DNA of 32,000 bases from Aliivibrio fischeri ES114 (GTDB lineage: Bacteria; Pseudomonadota; Gammaproteobacteria; Enterobacterales; Vibrionaceae). Positions 8,655 through 20,147 of the stretch are shown here, in pieces. Each line of letters begins with the position of its first letter. Position 1 is the first letter of the stretch. The stretch lies in NCBI RefSeq assembly GCF_000011805.1, contig NC_006840.2. One strand, written 5' to 3'. The position numbers were made by a program, and so were the translations under genes. The notes under the pieces are model-generated. The model had not been told where the DNA came from. It did no database searches and saw only the letters and a program-made list of their open reading frames with translations.

Positions 8655-8731
8655 TCCGGAAGGCAATTTGAATTTCCTTCCGATGAATAAAAATTCTAAC
8701 CCTCGGAAGGTCAAACTTCTGAGGGTTTTTT
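8655..8731 (+). terminator. his attenuator: alternative helices plus intrinsic terminator
   Basis: TCCGGAAGG (8655-8663) pairs with CCTTCCGA (8676-8683). CCTTCCGA can alternatively pair with TCGGAAGG inside the terminator. The terminator is CCCTCGGAAG (8700-8709) with CTTCTGAGGG (8716-8725), followed by T6. Confidence 0.85.
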
Positions 8732-8852
8732 CGTTTTAGTAACAAATTAAAGTTAGATTATTTATTGATTTATAAGAGTTTAAAATTAGCCGATTGCATT
8801 GTTTGCTTAAAAAACGATTTAATTGGAATCACATTTTTACAAGGAAGAAATT

Positions 8853-9749
8853 ATGTCATCACAACGATTACGCATTGCGATTCAAAAGAAGGGTCGCCTA
8901 TCTAAAGAGTGCCAAGAATTATTTAAACGCTGCGGCATGAAATTTAACATTTCGGGTGAGCGTTTAGTGGTTCATTCTGAAAATATGCCGATTGATCTAT
9001 TGTTAGTTCGTGACGATGACATCCCAAGTCTAATTATGGATGGGGTAGTTGATTTAGGTGTGATTGGTGAAAATGAACTTGAAGAAGTACGTTTAGAGCG
9101 TAAAGCGCTTGGTGAGCCTTCAGCATTTACTACTCTACGTCGTTTGGATTTCGGTGGCTGTCGTTTATCTATTGCGATTGACAAAGATGAAGTATACAAC
9201 GGCCCACAAGATTTAGCCGGAAAACGTATCGCAACAACCTACCCACAATTACTTAAAAGTTTTATGGATGAGCAGGGTATTCCGTTTTCAACCTGTATTT
9301 TAAATGGTTCTGTAGAAGTTGCTCCACGCGCAGGTCTTGCGGATGCGATTGCCGATTTAGTATCAACAGGTGCGACACTTGAAGCTAATGGTCTTAAAGA
9401 AGCTGAAGTAATTTTTCGATCAAAAGCGACATTAATTCAGCGTGAAGGTGAATTTGATGCAGATAAGGCCGCGTTGATCAATAAGCTATTAACCCGTATG
9501 CAAGGTTGTATTCAAGCAAAAGAATCAAAATATATTATGCTGCACGCACCAACAGATAAGCTTGATGCTATTAAAGACTTGCTTCCGGGGGCGGAAGATC
9601 CAACGGTTTTACCTCTGTCGCGTGATGGAGCAAAGGTCGCAGTTCACTTAGTAAGTACAGAAAATCTATTTTGGGAAACAATGGAACAGTTAAAAGCATT
9701 AGGGGCGAGTTCTATTCTAGTATTGCCAATTGAGAAAATGATGGAGTAG
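8853..9749 (+). CDS. hisG: ATP phosphoribosyltransferase, long form
   Basis: Colinear with E. coli HisG from [13 protein letters not shown] to the C-terminal [17 protein letters not shown] 8853 is preceded by AGGAAG. The ORF-track TTG at 8823 is rejected. Confidence 0.95.
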   Translation: MSSQRLRIAIQKKGRLSKECQELFKRCGMKFNISGERLVVHSENMPIDLLLVRDDDIPSLIMDGVVDLGVIGENELEEVRLERKALGEPSAFTTLRRLDFGGCRLSIAIDKDEVYNGPQDLAGKRIATTYPQLLKSFMDEQGIPFSTCILNGSVEVAPRAGLADAIADLVSTGATLEANGLKEAEVIFRSKATLIQREGEFDADKAALINKLLTRMQGCIQAKESKYIMLHAPTDKLDAIKDLLPGAEDPTVLPLSRDGAKVAVHLVSTENLFWETMEQLKALGASSILVLPIEKMME

Positions 9750-9754
9750 CCATT

Positions 9755-11074
9755 ATGAAAACGTTAGTTTGGCAATCATTGAGCGATTCGCAGCAAGATA
9801 CGGTTCTACAACGTCCTGCGATTACGGAAGGTGCGAATATTACCGCAGCAGTAACTAGTGTTATTAATACCGTAAAACAAGAGGGTGATGCTGGTGTATT
9901 CGCATTAACTGAAAAGTTTGATGGCGTGAAACCTGACTCTATTCGAGTATCGAATGCTGAGATTGAAGCGGCAAGTGATCGTTTGTCTGAAGAAATGAAA
10001 ACAGCACTTAAACAAGCTTATAGCAATATTTCTAAATTTCACCAAGCACAGAAACCACAGCCTGTAAAAGTTGAAACACAGCCAGGTGTCATCTGTGAAC
10101 AAATTACTATGCCTATAAATAAAGTAGGTTTGTATATTCCAGGTGGTAGTGCGCCATTGCCATCAACAGTCCTAATGTTAGGTATTCCTGCTCAAATTGC
10201 AGGTTGTCATAAAGTTGTATTATGTTCGCCACCTCCAATAGCTGATGAGATTTTGTACGTGGCAAAACTGTGTAAGATTGATGAAGTATATAACATTGGT
10301 GGGGCTCAAGCCGTTGCTGCGATGGCGTATGGAACAGAATCTGTCTCTAAAGTAGATAAGATCTTTGGGCCAGGTAATGCCTATGTAACTGAAGCAAAAC
10401 GTCAAGTTTCGAATGATTTCCGTGGTGCGGCGATTGATATGCCTGCAGGGCCATCTGAAGTTTTAGTGATTGCTGATGAGAGCGCAGATCCAGACTTTAT
10501 TGCAGCGGATCTTCTTAGCCAAGCAGAGCATGGTCCTGATTCACAAGTAGTATTAGTTACTCCATCGCCAATTATTGCCGATCAAGTCGCTGATGCTGTT
10601 GAAAGACAATTAAAAGAACTTAGTCGTGAAGATATAGCTCGCCAAGCTTTAGGTTCAAGTTTATTGATTGTTGCAGATTCACTTACTCAGTGTGTTTCAA
10701 TTTCAAACTTTTATGGGCCTGAACACCTTATTGTTCAAACTAAGAATCCGCGAGAGTTACTCCCTCTTCTAGATAATGCGGGTTCAATTTTCTTAGGTGA
10801 TTATTCACCCGAATCGGCAGGGGATTATGCATCAGGAACTAATCACGTATTGCCGACTTATGGGTACACACGAACTTATTCAAGTTTAGGATTAGCAGAT
10901 TTCTCTAAACGAATGACTGTGCAAGAGTTAACGGCTGATGGTTTAAAAGGTTTGGCTCCAACGGTTGTCACAATGGCTGAAGCGGAAGGGCTTGATGCTC
11001 ATAAAAGAGCCGTAACGATTCGAATTGAAAAGCTCGCTCAGTTAGACGTTAATAAACAAGAAGTGAATCAGTAG
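9755..11074 (+). CDS. hisD: Histidinol dehydrogenase
   Basis: 439 aa. [27 protein letters not shown] and [15 protein letters not shown] match E. coli HisD. Confidence 0.95.
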   Translation: MKTLVWQSLSDSQQDTVLQRPAITEGANITAAVTSVINTVKQEGDAGVFALTEKFDGVKPDSIRVSNAEIEAASDRLSEEMKTALKQAYSNISKFHQAQKPQPVKVETQPGVICEQITMPINKVGLYIPGGSAPLPSTVLMLGIPAQIAGCHKVVLCSPPPIADEILYVAKLCKIDEVYNIGGAQAVAAMAYGTESVSKVDKIFGPGNAYVTEAKRQVSNDFRGAAIDMPAGPSEVLVIADESADPDFIAADLLSQAEHGPDSQVVLVTPSPIIADQVADAVERQLKELSREDIARQALGSSLLIVADSLTQCVSISNFYGPEHLIVQTKNPRELLPLLDNAGSIFLGDYSPESAGDYASGTNHVLPTYGYTRTYSSLGLADFSKRMTVQELTADGLKGLAPTVVTMAEAEGLDAHKRAVTIRIEKLAQLDVNKQEVNQ

Positions 11075-12123
<1,049 letters not shown>

Positions 12124-12124
<1 letters not shown>

Positions 12125-12285
12125 TACCAATCGTAGTAAATAACTGATCATCCTAGCTAGTTAAAATACTCGATAACTGCGTTAAAATTTTTGATTGTAG
12201 AATAACTACTTATCGAAAAATTTTGCCTTGTTATCAAGCATTTTTCCTTCGCTATTACTGCTCATTTACTTACTGTGATTGGTAT
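12124..12285. repeat. Long imperfect inverted repeat (about 70-bp arms) filling the hisC-hisB spacer
   Basis: Termini ATACCAATC (12124-12132) and GATTGGTAT (12277-12285). Inner matches are GATAAC (12172-12177) with GTTATC (12230-12235), and TAAAATTTTT (12183-12192) with AAAAATTTTG (12216-12225). The middle of the arms is degenerate. Confidence 0.55.
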
Positions 12286-12292
12286 ATGTTAT

Positions 12293-12319
12293 CCCCAAGC
12301 TTAGGAATAAGGCTTGGGG
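12293..12319 (+). other. GC-rich stem-loop without a U-tract, inside the his operon
   Basis: CCCCAAGC (12293-12300) pairs with GCTTGGGG (12312-12319), extendable to about 10 bp. It is followed by CTTATCAAG, not a T-run. Confidence 0.6.
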
Positions 12320-12361
12320 CTTATCAAGAATAAAATTAGAAAAAATTAAAAGGACGTTCCT

Positions 12362-13435
12362 GTGAGCAAACAACAAAAGATTTTATTTATCGACCGTGAT
12401 GGCACCTTAATTGTTGAGCCGCCGGTGGATTTTCAAGTAGACCGTTTAGATAAGCTAAAGTTTGAGCCTTTGGTTATTCCTTCTCTACTTTCTCTTCAAG
12501 ATGCCGGTTACCGTTTAGTTATGGTGACGAACCAAGACGGTTTAGGTACAGATAGCTACCCTCAGGATGAGTTTGATGCACCACATAATATGATGATGGA
12601 GTTTTTTGAATCTCAAGGGGTGAAGTTTGATGATGTTCTTATTTGTCCACACTTTGAAGAAGATAATTGCTCATGTCGTAAACCCAAATTAGGCATGGTT
12701 AAAGAATACCTTCAAGGTGGAAGAGTCGATTTTCAACACTCAGTTGTGATTGGTGATCGCCAAACGGATCTTCAATTAGCTGAAAACATGGCGATCCGTG
12801 GTATTCAGTATCATCCAGAAACGATGAACTGGCCTGCGATCTTAAAAGATCTGACCGTAAATGCGCGTACTGCAGAAGTAATACGCACAACCAAAGAAAC
12901 GGACATTAAAGTGTTTGTTAATCTGGATGAGCAAGGCGGCAATGAGATCACTACTGGTCTTGGTTTCTTTGATCACATGCTTGATCAGATTGCTACACAC
13001 GGCGGTTTCCAAATGAAAATCAATGTAGAGGGCGACTTACACATTGATGATCACCATACCATTGAAGATACAGCTCTTGCATTGGGAGAAGCGTTAAAAG
13101 AGGCGCTAGGCGACAAGCGTGGTATTGGTCGTTTTGGATTCAGCTTGCCAATGGATGAGTGTTTAGCACAATGTGCGCTTGATTTATCTGGTCGTCCATA
13201 TCTGAAGTTTGATGCTGAATTTAGCCGTGAGCAGGTAGGAGATTTATCAACCGAAATGGTAGTTCACTTCTTCCGCTCTCTAACGGATACTCTTGCTTGT
13301 ACGTTACACCTTTCTTCATCAGGTTATAACGATCACCACATTATTGAAAGCCTATTTAAAGCGTTTGGTCGTACGTTACGCCAAGCGATTAAAGTAGAAG
13401 GTAATGAACTGCCAAGCTCAAAAGGCGTATTGTAG
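12362..13435 (+). CDS. hisB: Bifunctional histidinol-phosphatase / imidazoleglycerol-phosphate dehydratase
   Basis: 357 aa with a GTG start preceded by [37 protein letters not shown] and the C-terminal LPSSKGVL match E. coli HisB. Confidence 0.95.
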
Positions 13436-13443
13436 GAGTGACT

Positions 13444-14058
13444 ATGACAAATCAAAACGTCGTTATTATTGATACGGGTTGTTCTAACGTTTCATCAGTG
13501 AGATTTGCGATTGAGCGTTTGGGTTACGAGGTTACGATAAGCCGAGATCCTCAAGTGGTTCTGGCTGCAGATAAGCTGTTTTTACCGGGTGTTGGCACGG
13601 CAAGCGAAGCGATGAAAAACTTGGCTGAACGTGATCTCATTGAGTTGGTTAAACAAGTAGAAAAGCCATTATTGGGTATCTGCTTAGGTATGCAGCTGCT
13701 GGGTAAACTTTCTGAAGAGAAAGGTCAAAAAGCCGATCAAATTGTGGATTGTTTAGGTTTGTGTGACGGTGAAGTTCGTAAGCTTCAAACCGGTGATTTA
13801 CCACTGCCTCACATGGGGTGGAATACCATTAAACCTGTTGAAGGTAACCCGCTGTTTAAAGACATCCCAGAGAACAGTTATTTCTACTTTGTACACAGTT
13901 TTGGTATGCAAGTAGGCGACTATACTATTGCTTCGTGTGATTACGGACAACCGTTCACCGCTGCACTGCAAGCAGGTAATTACTACGGTGTTCAGTTTCA
14001 CCCAGAGCGCTCAAGTAAAGTCGGTTCAAAGCTTATTCAGAACTTTTTGGAGCTATAA
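13444..14058 (+). CDS. hisH: Imidazole glycerol phosphate synthase, glutaminase subunit
   Basis: Class-I glutamine amidotransferase, with GICLGMQLL and FHPERS. ATG 13444 lies 5 nt after AGGAG. The GTG at 13438 is an alternative start. Confidence 0.93.
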
Positions 14059-14059
14059 G

Positions 14060-15661
<1,602 letters not shown>

Positions 15662-15665
<4 letters not shown>

Positions 15666-16282
15666 GCCAACAAGAATTAGCAACACGTATTGATTGGGAA
15701 AAAGTGGATGGTTTAGTACCTGCAATTATTCAAGATTTTGGTTCAAGCCAAGTGTTGATGATGGGATACATGAACCAAGATGCTTTGGCTAAAACATTAG
15801 AGACAGAAAAAGTCACATTTTTCTCACGTACTAAAAATCGTTTATGGACTAAAGGCGAAGAGTCCGGCAACAGCTTGAACTTAGTTAATATTTCACTGGA
15901 TTGTGATAACGACACGCTGCTTATTAAAGTAAACCCAGTTGGTCCAACGTGCCATACAGGAACAACAACGTGTTGGGATGGCGATAAAACCGAAGAAACC
16001 CAATTGGTGTGGCTTCATCAGTTGGAACAGCTACTTGCCGAGCGTAAGAATGCTGATCCTGATTCATCTTACACAGCAAGTCTCTATGCCCGTGGCACCA
16101 AACGTATTTCGCAAAAAGTTGGCGAAGAAGGCGTTGAAGTCGCGCTTGCAGCGACGTCGGGTGACAAGGCGGAGCTAGTATGTGAATCAGCGGATCTGAT
16201 CTATCATTTATTTGTGTTATTGCAAGATCAAGGCTTATCGTTTGATGATGTGATTAATAAATTGAAAGAGCGTCATAAGTAG
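15662..16282 (+). CDS. hisI: Bifunctional phosphoribosyl-AMP cyclohydrolase / phosphoribosyl-ATP pyrophosphatase
   Basis: 206 aa. LVPAIIQD...MMGYMN, the C-x-D...C-H-T-G zinc-site region, and a C-terminal HisE-like helix bundle. ATGA overlap with hisF. Confidence 0.93.
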
Positions 16283-16308
16283 CTCTTTCAATTGAACAGT
16301 AACAAAAT

Positions 16309-16335
16309 AACGCCGATCACCTGATCGGCGTTTTT
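16309..16335 (+). terminator. his operon terminator
   Basis: AACGCCGATC-ACCT-GATCGGCGTT followed by TTTT. Confidence 0.85.
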
Positions 16336-16390
16336 ATTGGAATTGAGTAACTATCCTCGCTATACTCTGCGCTCAATTTTAGGAGCGCCA

Positions 16391-17077
16391 ATGTTCGATA
16401 TCCTTTATCAAAATTCAGATTTTCTTGTCATAAATAAACACCCCAATGTAAGTGTTCATAAAGACGATGGTGAAACCTCATTGTTGATTGAATTAGCAAA
16501 AGAGACGGGTGATAAACAACTCTATTTAATTCATCGTTTAGATAAGATGACATCAGGTTTATTATTGATTGGTAGAAATCAAGCTGCCGCTAGTGAATTA
16601 TCACAACTGTTCGCAAACAGATTGGTTGAGAAATATTATTTAGCAATTGGCGATAAAAAACCGAAGAAGAAGCAAGGCTTGGTTATTGGCGATATGGAAC
16701 GTTCACGCCGTGCTTCGTGGAAATTGGTGAATAGTAAAGAAAATCCTGCGGTGACACAGTTTTTCTCAACCGCTGCGAATGATGGTAACCGTTTGTTCTT
16801 ATGTAAGCCTCATACAGGGAAAACCCATCAAATACGTGTAGCACTAAAAAGCGTCGGTTCGGGTATTTTAGGCGATCCAATTTACAGCTCATCTAACGCA
16901 GATCGTGGTTATCTCCACGCTTATGCTTTACGTTTTACTTATCAAGAGCAAGCGTTTGAATTTATTGAAACACCAAAACAAGGTGAAGAATGGAAAAATG
17001 ACACCATTCAAGCTGGATTAGCTCAGTGGCAAACACCGTGGACATTAACTTGGCCAGAGATTAAGAAGAAATCATGA
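16391..17077 (+). CDS. RluA-family pseudouridine synthase
   Basis: HRLDKMTSGLLLIGRN catalytic Asp motif and GKTHQIRV motif. ATG 16391 follows AGGAG (16381-85). The ORF-track TTG at 16337 lies inside the terminator tail and is rejected. Confidence 0.85.
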   Translation: MFDILYQNSDFLVINKHPNVSVHKDDGETSLLIELAKETGDKQLYLIHRLDKMTSGLLLIGRNQAAASELSQLFANRLVEKYYLAIGDKKPKKKQGLVIGDMERSRRASWKLVNSKENPAVTQFFSTAANDGNRLFLCKPHTGKTHQIRVALKSVGSGILGDPIYSSSNADRGYLHAYALRFTYQEQAFEFIETPKQGEEWKNDTIQAGLAQWQTPWTLTWPEIKKKS

Positions 17078-18024
17078 AGATAGAAGCATTAGATACGTTA
17101 TTTACACATCTTGAAGAGCAATTGAATAATCCGCCAAGTGAACTACGTCGTTTGTTTCATGGGCGCGGTCAATGTTTTGAGGGATTAGAGCAAATTACGG
17201 TTGATTGGTTACAGGCAAAAGAGTCAACTGGCCAGCTTGTGGTGGCTTTATTTAAAGAACAAACCCCTGAATTTGTTGAGCAATTAGTTGTTAAGTTAAA
17301 TAAGCTTGCAGAAACTTCATTATGGAAAGTTGCAAATGGCACGTCGATTTTATTGCAACACCGTTATCAAGAATTCGCCCCAACGCAAGTAGTTTGGGGA
17401 GAGGAAAATACATTTCCTGTCGTAGAAGAGAGTAACCTAAAGTATCAATTAGAGCTTAAAAAGAACCAAAACATGGGGATCTTTTTAGATATGCGATACG
17501 GTCGTAAATGGGTGCAGACGCACAGCGAAGGTAAATCAGTATTAAACTTGTTTGCGTATACATGTGGCTTTTCTGTTGCAGCGATTGCCGGTGGTGCAAC
17601 TCAAGTTGTTAATTTAGATATGGCCAAAGCATCATTAGGAAGAGGTCGTGACAATCACCGTCTAAATCAGCATGACTTGTCTAAAGTTAAATTCTTAGGT
17701 CATGATATTTTTAAATCATGGGGTAAAATTAAGAAGTTAGGTCTATATGATCTTATCATTATTGATCCGCCAAGTTTTCAGAAAGGTAGCTTTGCTTTAA
17801 CTAAAGATTATCAGAAGATCTTACGCCGTTTACCTAGTCTATTAACAGAAACGGGTGAAGTATTAGCGTGTGTGAATTCGCCAGCGGTATCTACTGATTT
17901 CTTAATTGATGGAATGGCTGAAGAAGCGCCTGAGCTTAAGTTTGTTGAGCGTTTAGATAATCCACCAGAGTTTAGCGACATTAACCCTGAAAGTGGCCTA
18001 AAAGTGATGCGTTTTACTCGTTAA
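17074..18024 (+). CDS. Class I SAM-dependent RNA methyltransferase, RlmI-like catalytic core without a PUA domain
   Basis: RRLFHGRG...GL..ITVDWL resembles the RlmI R-x-VHGE...GL..D.Y region. VLNLFAYTCGFSVAA is the SAM-binding motif I. DLIIIDPPSF is motif IV. ATGA overlap with the upstream pseudouridine synthase. Confidence 0.75.
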   Translation: MKIEALDTLFTHLEEQLNNPPSELRRLFHGRGQCFEGLEQITVDWLQAKESTGQLVVALFKEQTPEFVEQLVVKLNKLAETSLWKVANGTSILLQHRYQEFAPTQVVWGEENTFPVVEESNLKYQLELKKNQNMGIFLDMRYGRKWVQTHSEGKSVLNLFAYTCGFSVAAIAGGATQVVNLDMAKASLGRGRDNHRLNQHDLSKVKFLGHDIFKSWGKIKKLGLYDLIIIDPPSFQKGSFALTKDYQKILRRLPSLLTETGEVLACVNSPAVSTDFLIDGMAEEAPELKFVERLDNPPEFSDINPESGLKVMRFTR

Positions 18025-18041
18025 TCTAATTAGTTTGATAC

Positions 18042-18081
18042 AAAAAGCCCTTCTCATCATGTTGATGAAAAGGGCTTTTTT
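18042..18081. terminator. Bidirectional rho-independent terminator
   Basis: A 13-bp stem with one mismatch (GCCCTTCTCATCA / TGATGAAAAGGGC), flanked by an A-run on the left and a T-run on the right. It sits between convergent genes. Confidence 0.85.
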
Positions 18082-18097
18082 GTTTGGTGAGGCTGTA

Positions 18098-18496
18098 TTA
18101 TTCTTCGTTTTCTTGTTCGCGATCCAAACACGATTGTTCATTTACAATGATATCATTTTGTTTTTGACCACGTGAATTACGAATAATGTAGCGATAAGTT
18201 ACCCCTTTATCTAACACAGGGCGAACTTCTTTATCTTTACAAAAAGTAGTTATGCTATTTTCAATGATTTGATTGGTACTGATTTCACCATTACCACCGT
18301 CCAAGAACATCATTTCAACGACGCCTTGCTTTGCTTTTGCTTGTAATAAAGTCAGTTGTCCCATCTCTAGGGGGAGCACACTAGCAAGAACACTTGCACG
18401 ATAGTCTGCAAGCATTTCAATCTCTTGTTGCTGCTCATTAGATGCACAGCCAGATAGGATGATTGCACTAATAGCAGTGAGTAGAATTTTTTTCAT
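18098..18496 (-). CDS. Small lipoprotein, probable YghG/AspS (GspS-beta)-type type II secretion pilotin
   Basis: Lipobox LSGC at residues 14-17. 132 aa. Two Cys spaced 37 residues apart (FCKDKE...EQSC) with G-V-T-Y 12 residues after the first Cys. This spacing and pattern match E. coli YghG (C-ADPTVKLMLTEGINY...TTC) as recalled from memory. Confidence 0.5.
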   Translation of the reverse strand: MKKILLTAISAIILSGCASNEQQQEIEMLADYRASVLASVLPLEMGQLTLLQAKAKQGVVEMMFLDGGNGEISTNQIIENSITTFCKDKEVRPVLDKGVTYRYIIRNSRGQKQNDIIVNEQSCLDREQENEE

Positions 18497-18521
18497 CAGA
18501 TAATCTTATTGTTTATATTTA

Positions 18522-18824
18522 TTAAGCTGGAAGCACTTTTTTAAATGGCTTAACAATTACTTTTGCGTAAACACCAGCATCAATATAAGGGTCATTATCA
18601 GCCCAAGTTTGAGCTGCTTCTAATGAAGCAAAATCAGCAATAACTGTTGAACCAGTGAAGCCTGCTTCTCCTGGATTTTCAGAATCAATTGCAGGCATAG
18701 GTCCTGCTACTAATAAACGGCCTTCATTCTGTAGTTGAGCAAGGCGCTCTAGATGTTTTTCACGAACACTTAAACGACGTTCTAAGCTGTTTTCAACATC
18801 TTGAGAAAAAATCACATACCACAT
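18522..18824 (-). CDS. yciI: YciI family protein
   Basis: 100 aa, colinear with E. coli YciI ([61 protein letters not shown]). Confidence 0.9.
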   Translation of the reverse strand: MWYVIFSQDVENSLERRLSVREKHLERLAQLQNEGRLLVAGPMPAIDSENPGEAGFTGSTVIADFASLEAAQTWADNDPYIDAGVYAKVIVKPFKKVLPA

Positions 18825-18928
18825 TATAGAGTCCTTTAATTAAATATCATCATTGATCTCTTCATCATAAAAAAAGCCCCAGTCATAAACCAGAGCTTTT
18901 TGAAAAATAATGAAAATTATTCCAAATA

Positions 18929-19360
18929 CTACGCATTTTTCGGAATTGGACGAGGTTTTCCGCTGGCATCAATAGCAACATAGTTAAAAGTGGCTTCACA
19001 AACTTGAAAGCGGTCACCAATCCCATCTTCTTTTACAGGTTTAACCCATACTTCAAGGTTGATACTCATTGAGGTTCGGCCAATCTTAACGCATTCACCA
19101 TAACAGCAAACAACATCACCTACTTTAACTGGTTTTTTAAAGGTAATACTTGATACTGAAACCGTAACAATTCGGCCACCAGAAATCTCTTTTGCTAAAA
19201 TACCACCAGCTAAATCAAGCTGTGACATAATCCAACCGCCAAAAATATCACCATTAGCGTTAGTGTCAGCAGGCATAGAGAGAGTTCGAAGAAGTAGTTG
19301 GCCTTTAGGGGCTTGTCCAAGGTTATTTGGGCTTGTCAAAGTTGGGTTCCAATACAACAA
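18929..19360 (-). CDS. yciA: Acyl-CoA thioesterase YciA (hotdog fold)
   Basis: LLLRTLSMPADTNANGDIFGGWIMSQLDLAGGILAKE closely matches E. coli YciA. There is no in-frame ATG upstream of the conserved region, so the start must be a TTG (19360, 19357 or 19339). The 5' end is uncertain. Confidence 0.85.
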   Translation of the reverse strand: MLYWNPTLTSPNNLGQAPKGQLLLRTLSMPADTNANGDIFGGWIMSQLDLAGGILAKEISGGRIVTVSVSSITFKKPVKVGDVVCCYGECVKIGRTSMSINLEVWVKPVKEDGIGDRFQVCEATFNYVAIDASGKPRPIPKNA

Positions 19361-19388
19361 AAATAGAATTGAGCTGAGTTTACCACAT

Positions 19389-19415
19389 AAAAAAGCCGTG
19401 TTGTATACACGGCTT
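19389..19415 (-). terminator. Rho-independent terminator after yciB
   Basis: Minus strand reads AAGCCGTGT-ATACA-ACACGGCTT followed by TTTT. Confidence 0.75.
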
Positions 19416-19432
19416 AATCATTATCTTTTTGG

Positions 19433-19978
19433 CTATTCTTGTTCTTCTTTTTTCTCTTTTGGCATATGTTTATAAACGTACATACCAGTGAATAGAGTAT
19501 ATAAGAAAGTTAACCCCAATAAACCAAAGACTTTAAAGTTAACCCATACGTCTAATGGCATTTCAAAGGCAACATAAAGGTTCGCAATAGCACAAACAGT
19601 AAAGAATAATACCCATGCGTGGTTGATCTTAGTCCATTTATCATCAGGCAATGTAACTTCTTTACCAAGCATGCCTTTAATTACAGGTTTGCCCAGAATA
19701 TGCGCAATAATTAAACCAGCAGCAAAAACGCAGTAAACAATGGTTACTTTCCATTTGATGAAGTTATCGTCATGCAGAAATATGGTCATGCCACCAAATA
19801 CGGTCACCATAATAAAGGTGATTAGCTGCATTTTTTCTACTTTCTTGTATAAAGCGTAGGTCACAACAAGTTGAATGGCTGTGGCAATAATTAAAGCACC
19901 TGTTGCTGTATAGATGTCGTACATCTTATATAGAGCAAAAAAGATAATCAGTGGGATAAAGTCTAGAATTTGTTTCAT
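19433..19978 (-). CDS. yciB: Intracellular septation protein A (YciB/IspZ)
   Basis: [37 protein letters not shown] matches the E. coli YciB N-terminus. Five-TM profile. Confidence 0.92.
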   Translation of the reverse strand: MKQILDFIPLIIFFALYKMYDIYTATGALIIATAIQLVVTYALYKKVEKMQLITFIMVTVFGGMTIFLHDDNFIKWKVTIVYCVFAAGLIIAHILGKPVIKGMLGKEVTLPDDKWTKINHAWVLFFTVCAIANLYVAFEMPLDVWVNFKVFGLLGLTFLYTLFTGMYVYKHMPKEKKEEQE

Positions 19979-20080
19979 TTTTTATGTTGAGCCAATAATA
20001 AATTATGTTGTGAGTGTAACGAAAATTGAAGGAGTAGGGAATCGCTAAAAATTGCTTGTTACATTTTATGTTCGATGATC

Positions 20081-20110
20081 AAAAAAAGGCCAATGTGAAA
20101 TAATTGGCCT
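20081..20110 (-). terminator. Rho-independent terminator after the symporter gene
   Basis: Minus strand reads AGGCCAAT-TATTTCAC-ATTGGCCT followed by T7. Confidence 0.8.
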
Positions 20111-20147
20111 TGTTGATTTAAATTGGGCTTATTTAGGTTAACTTTTT

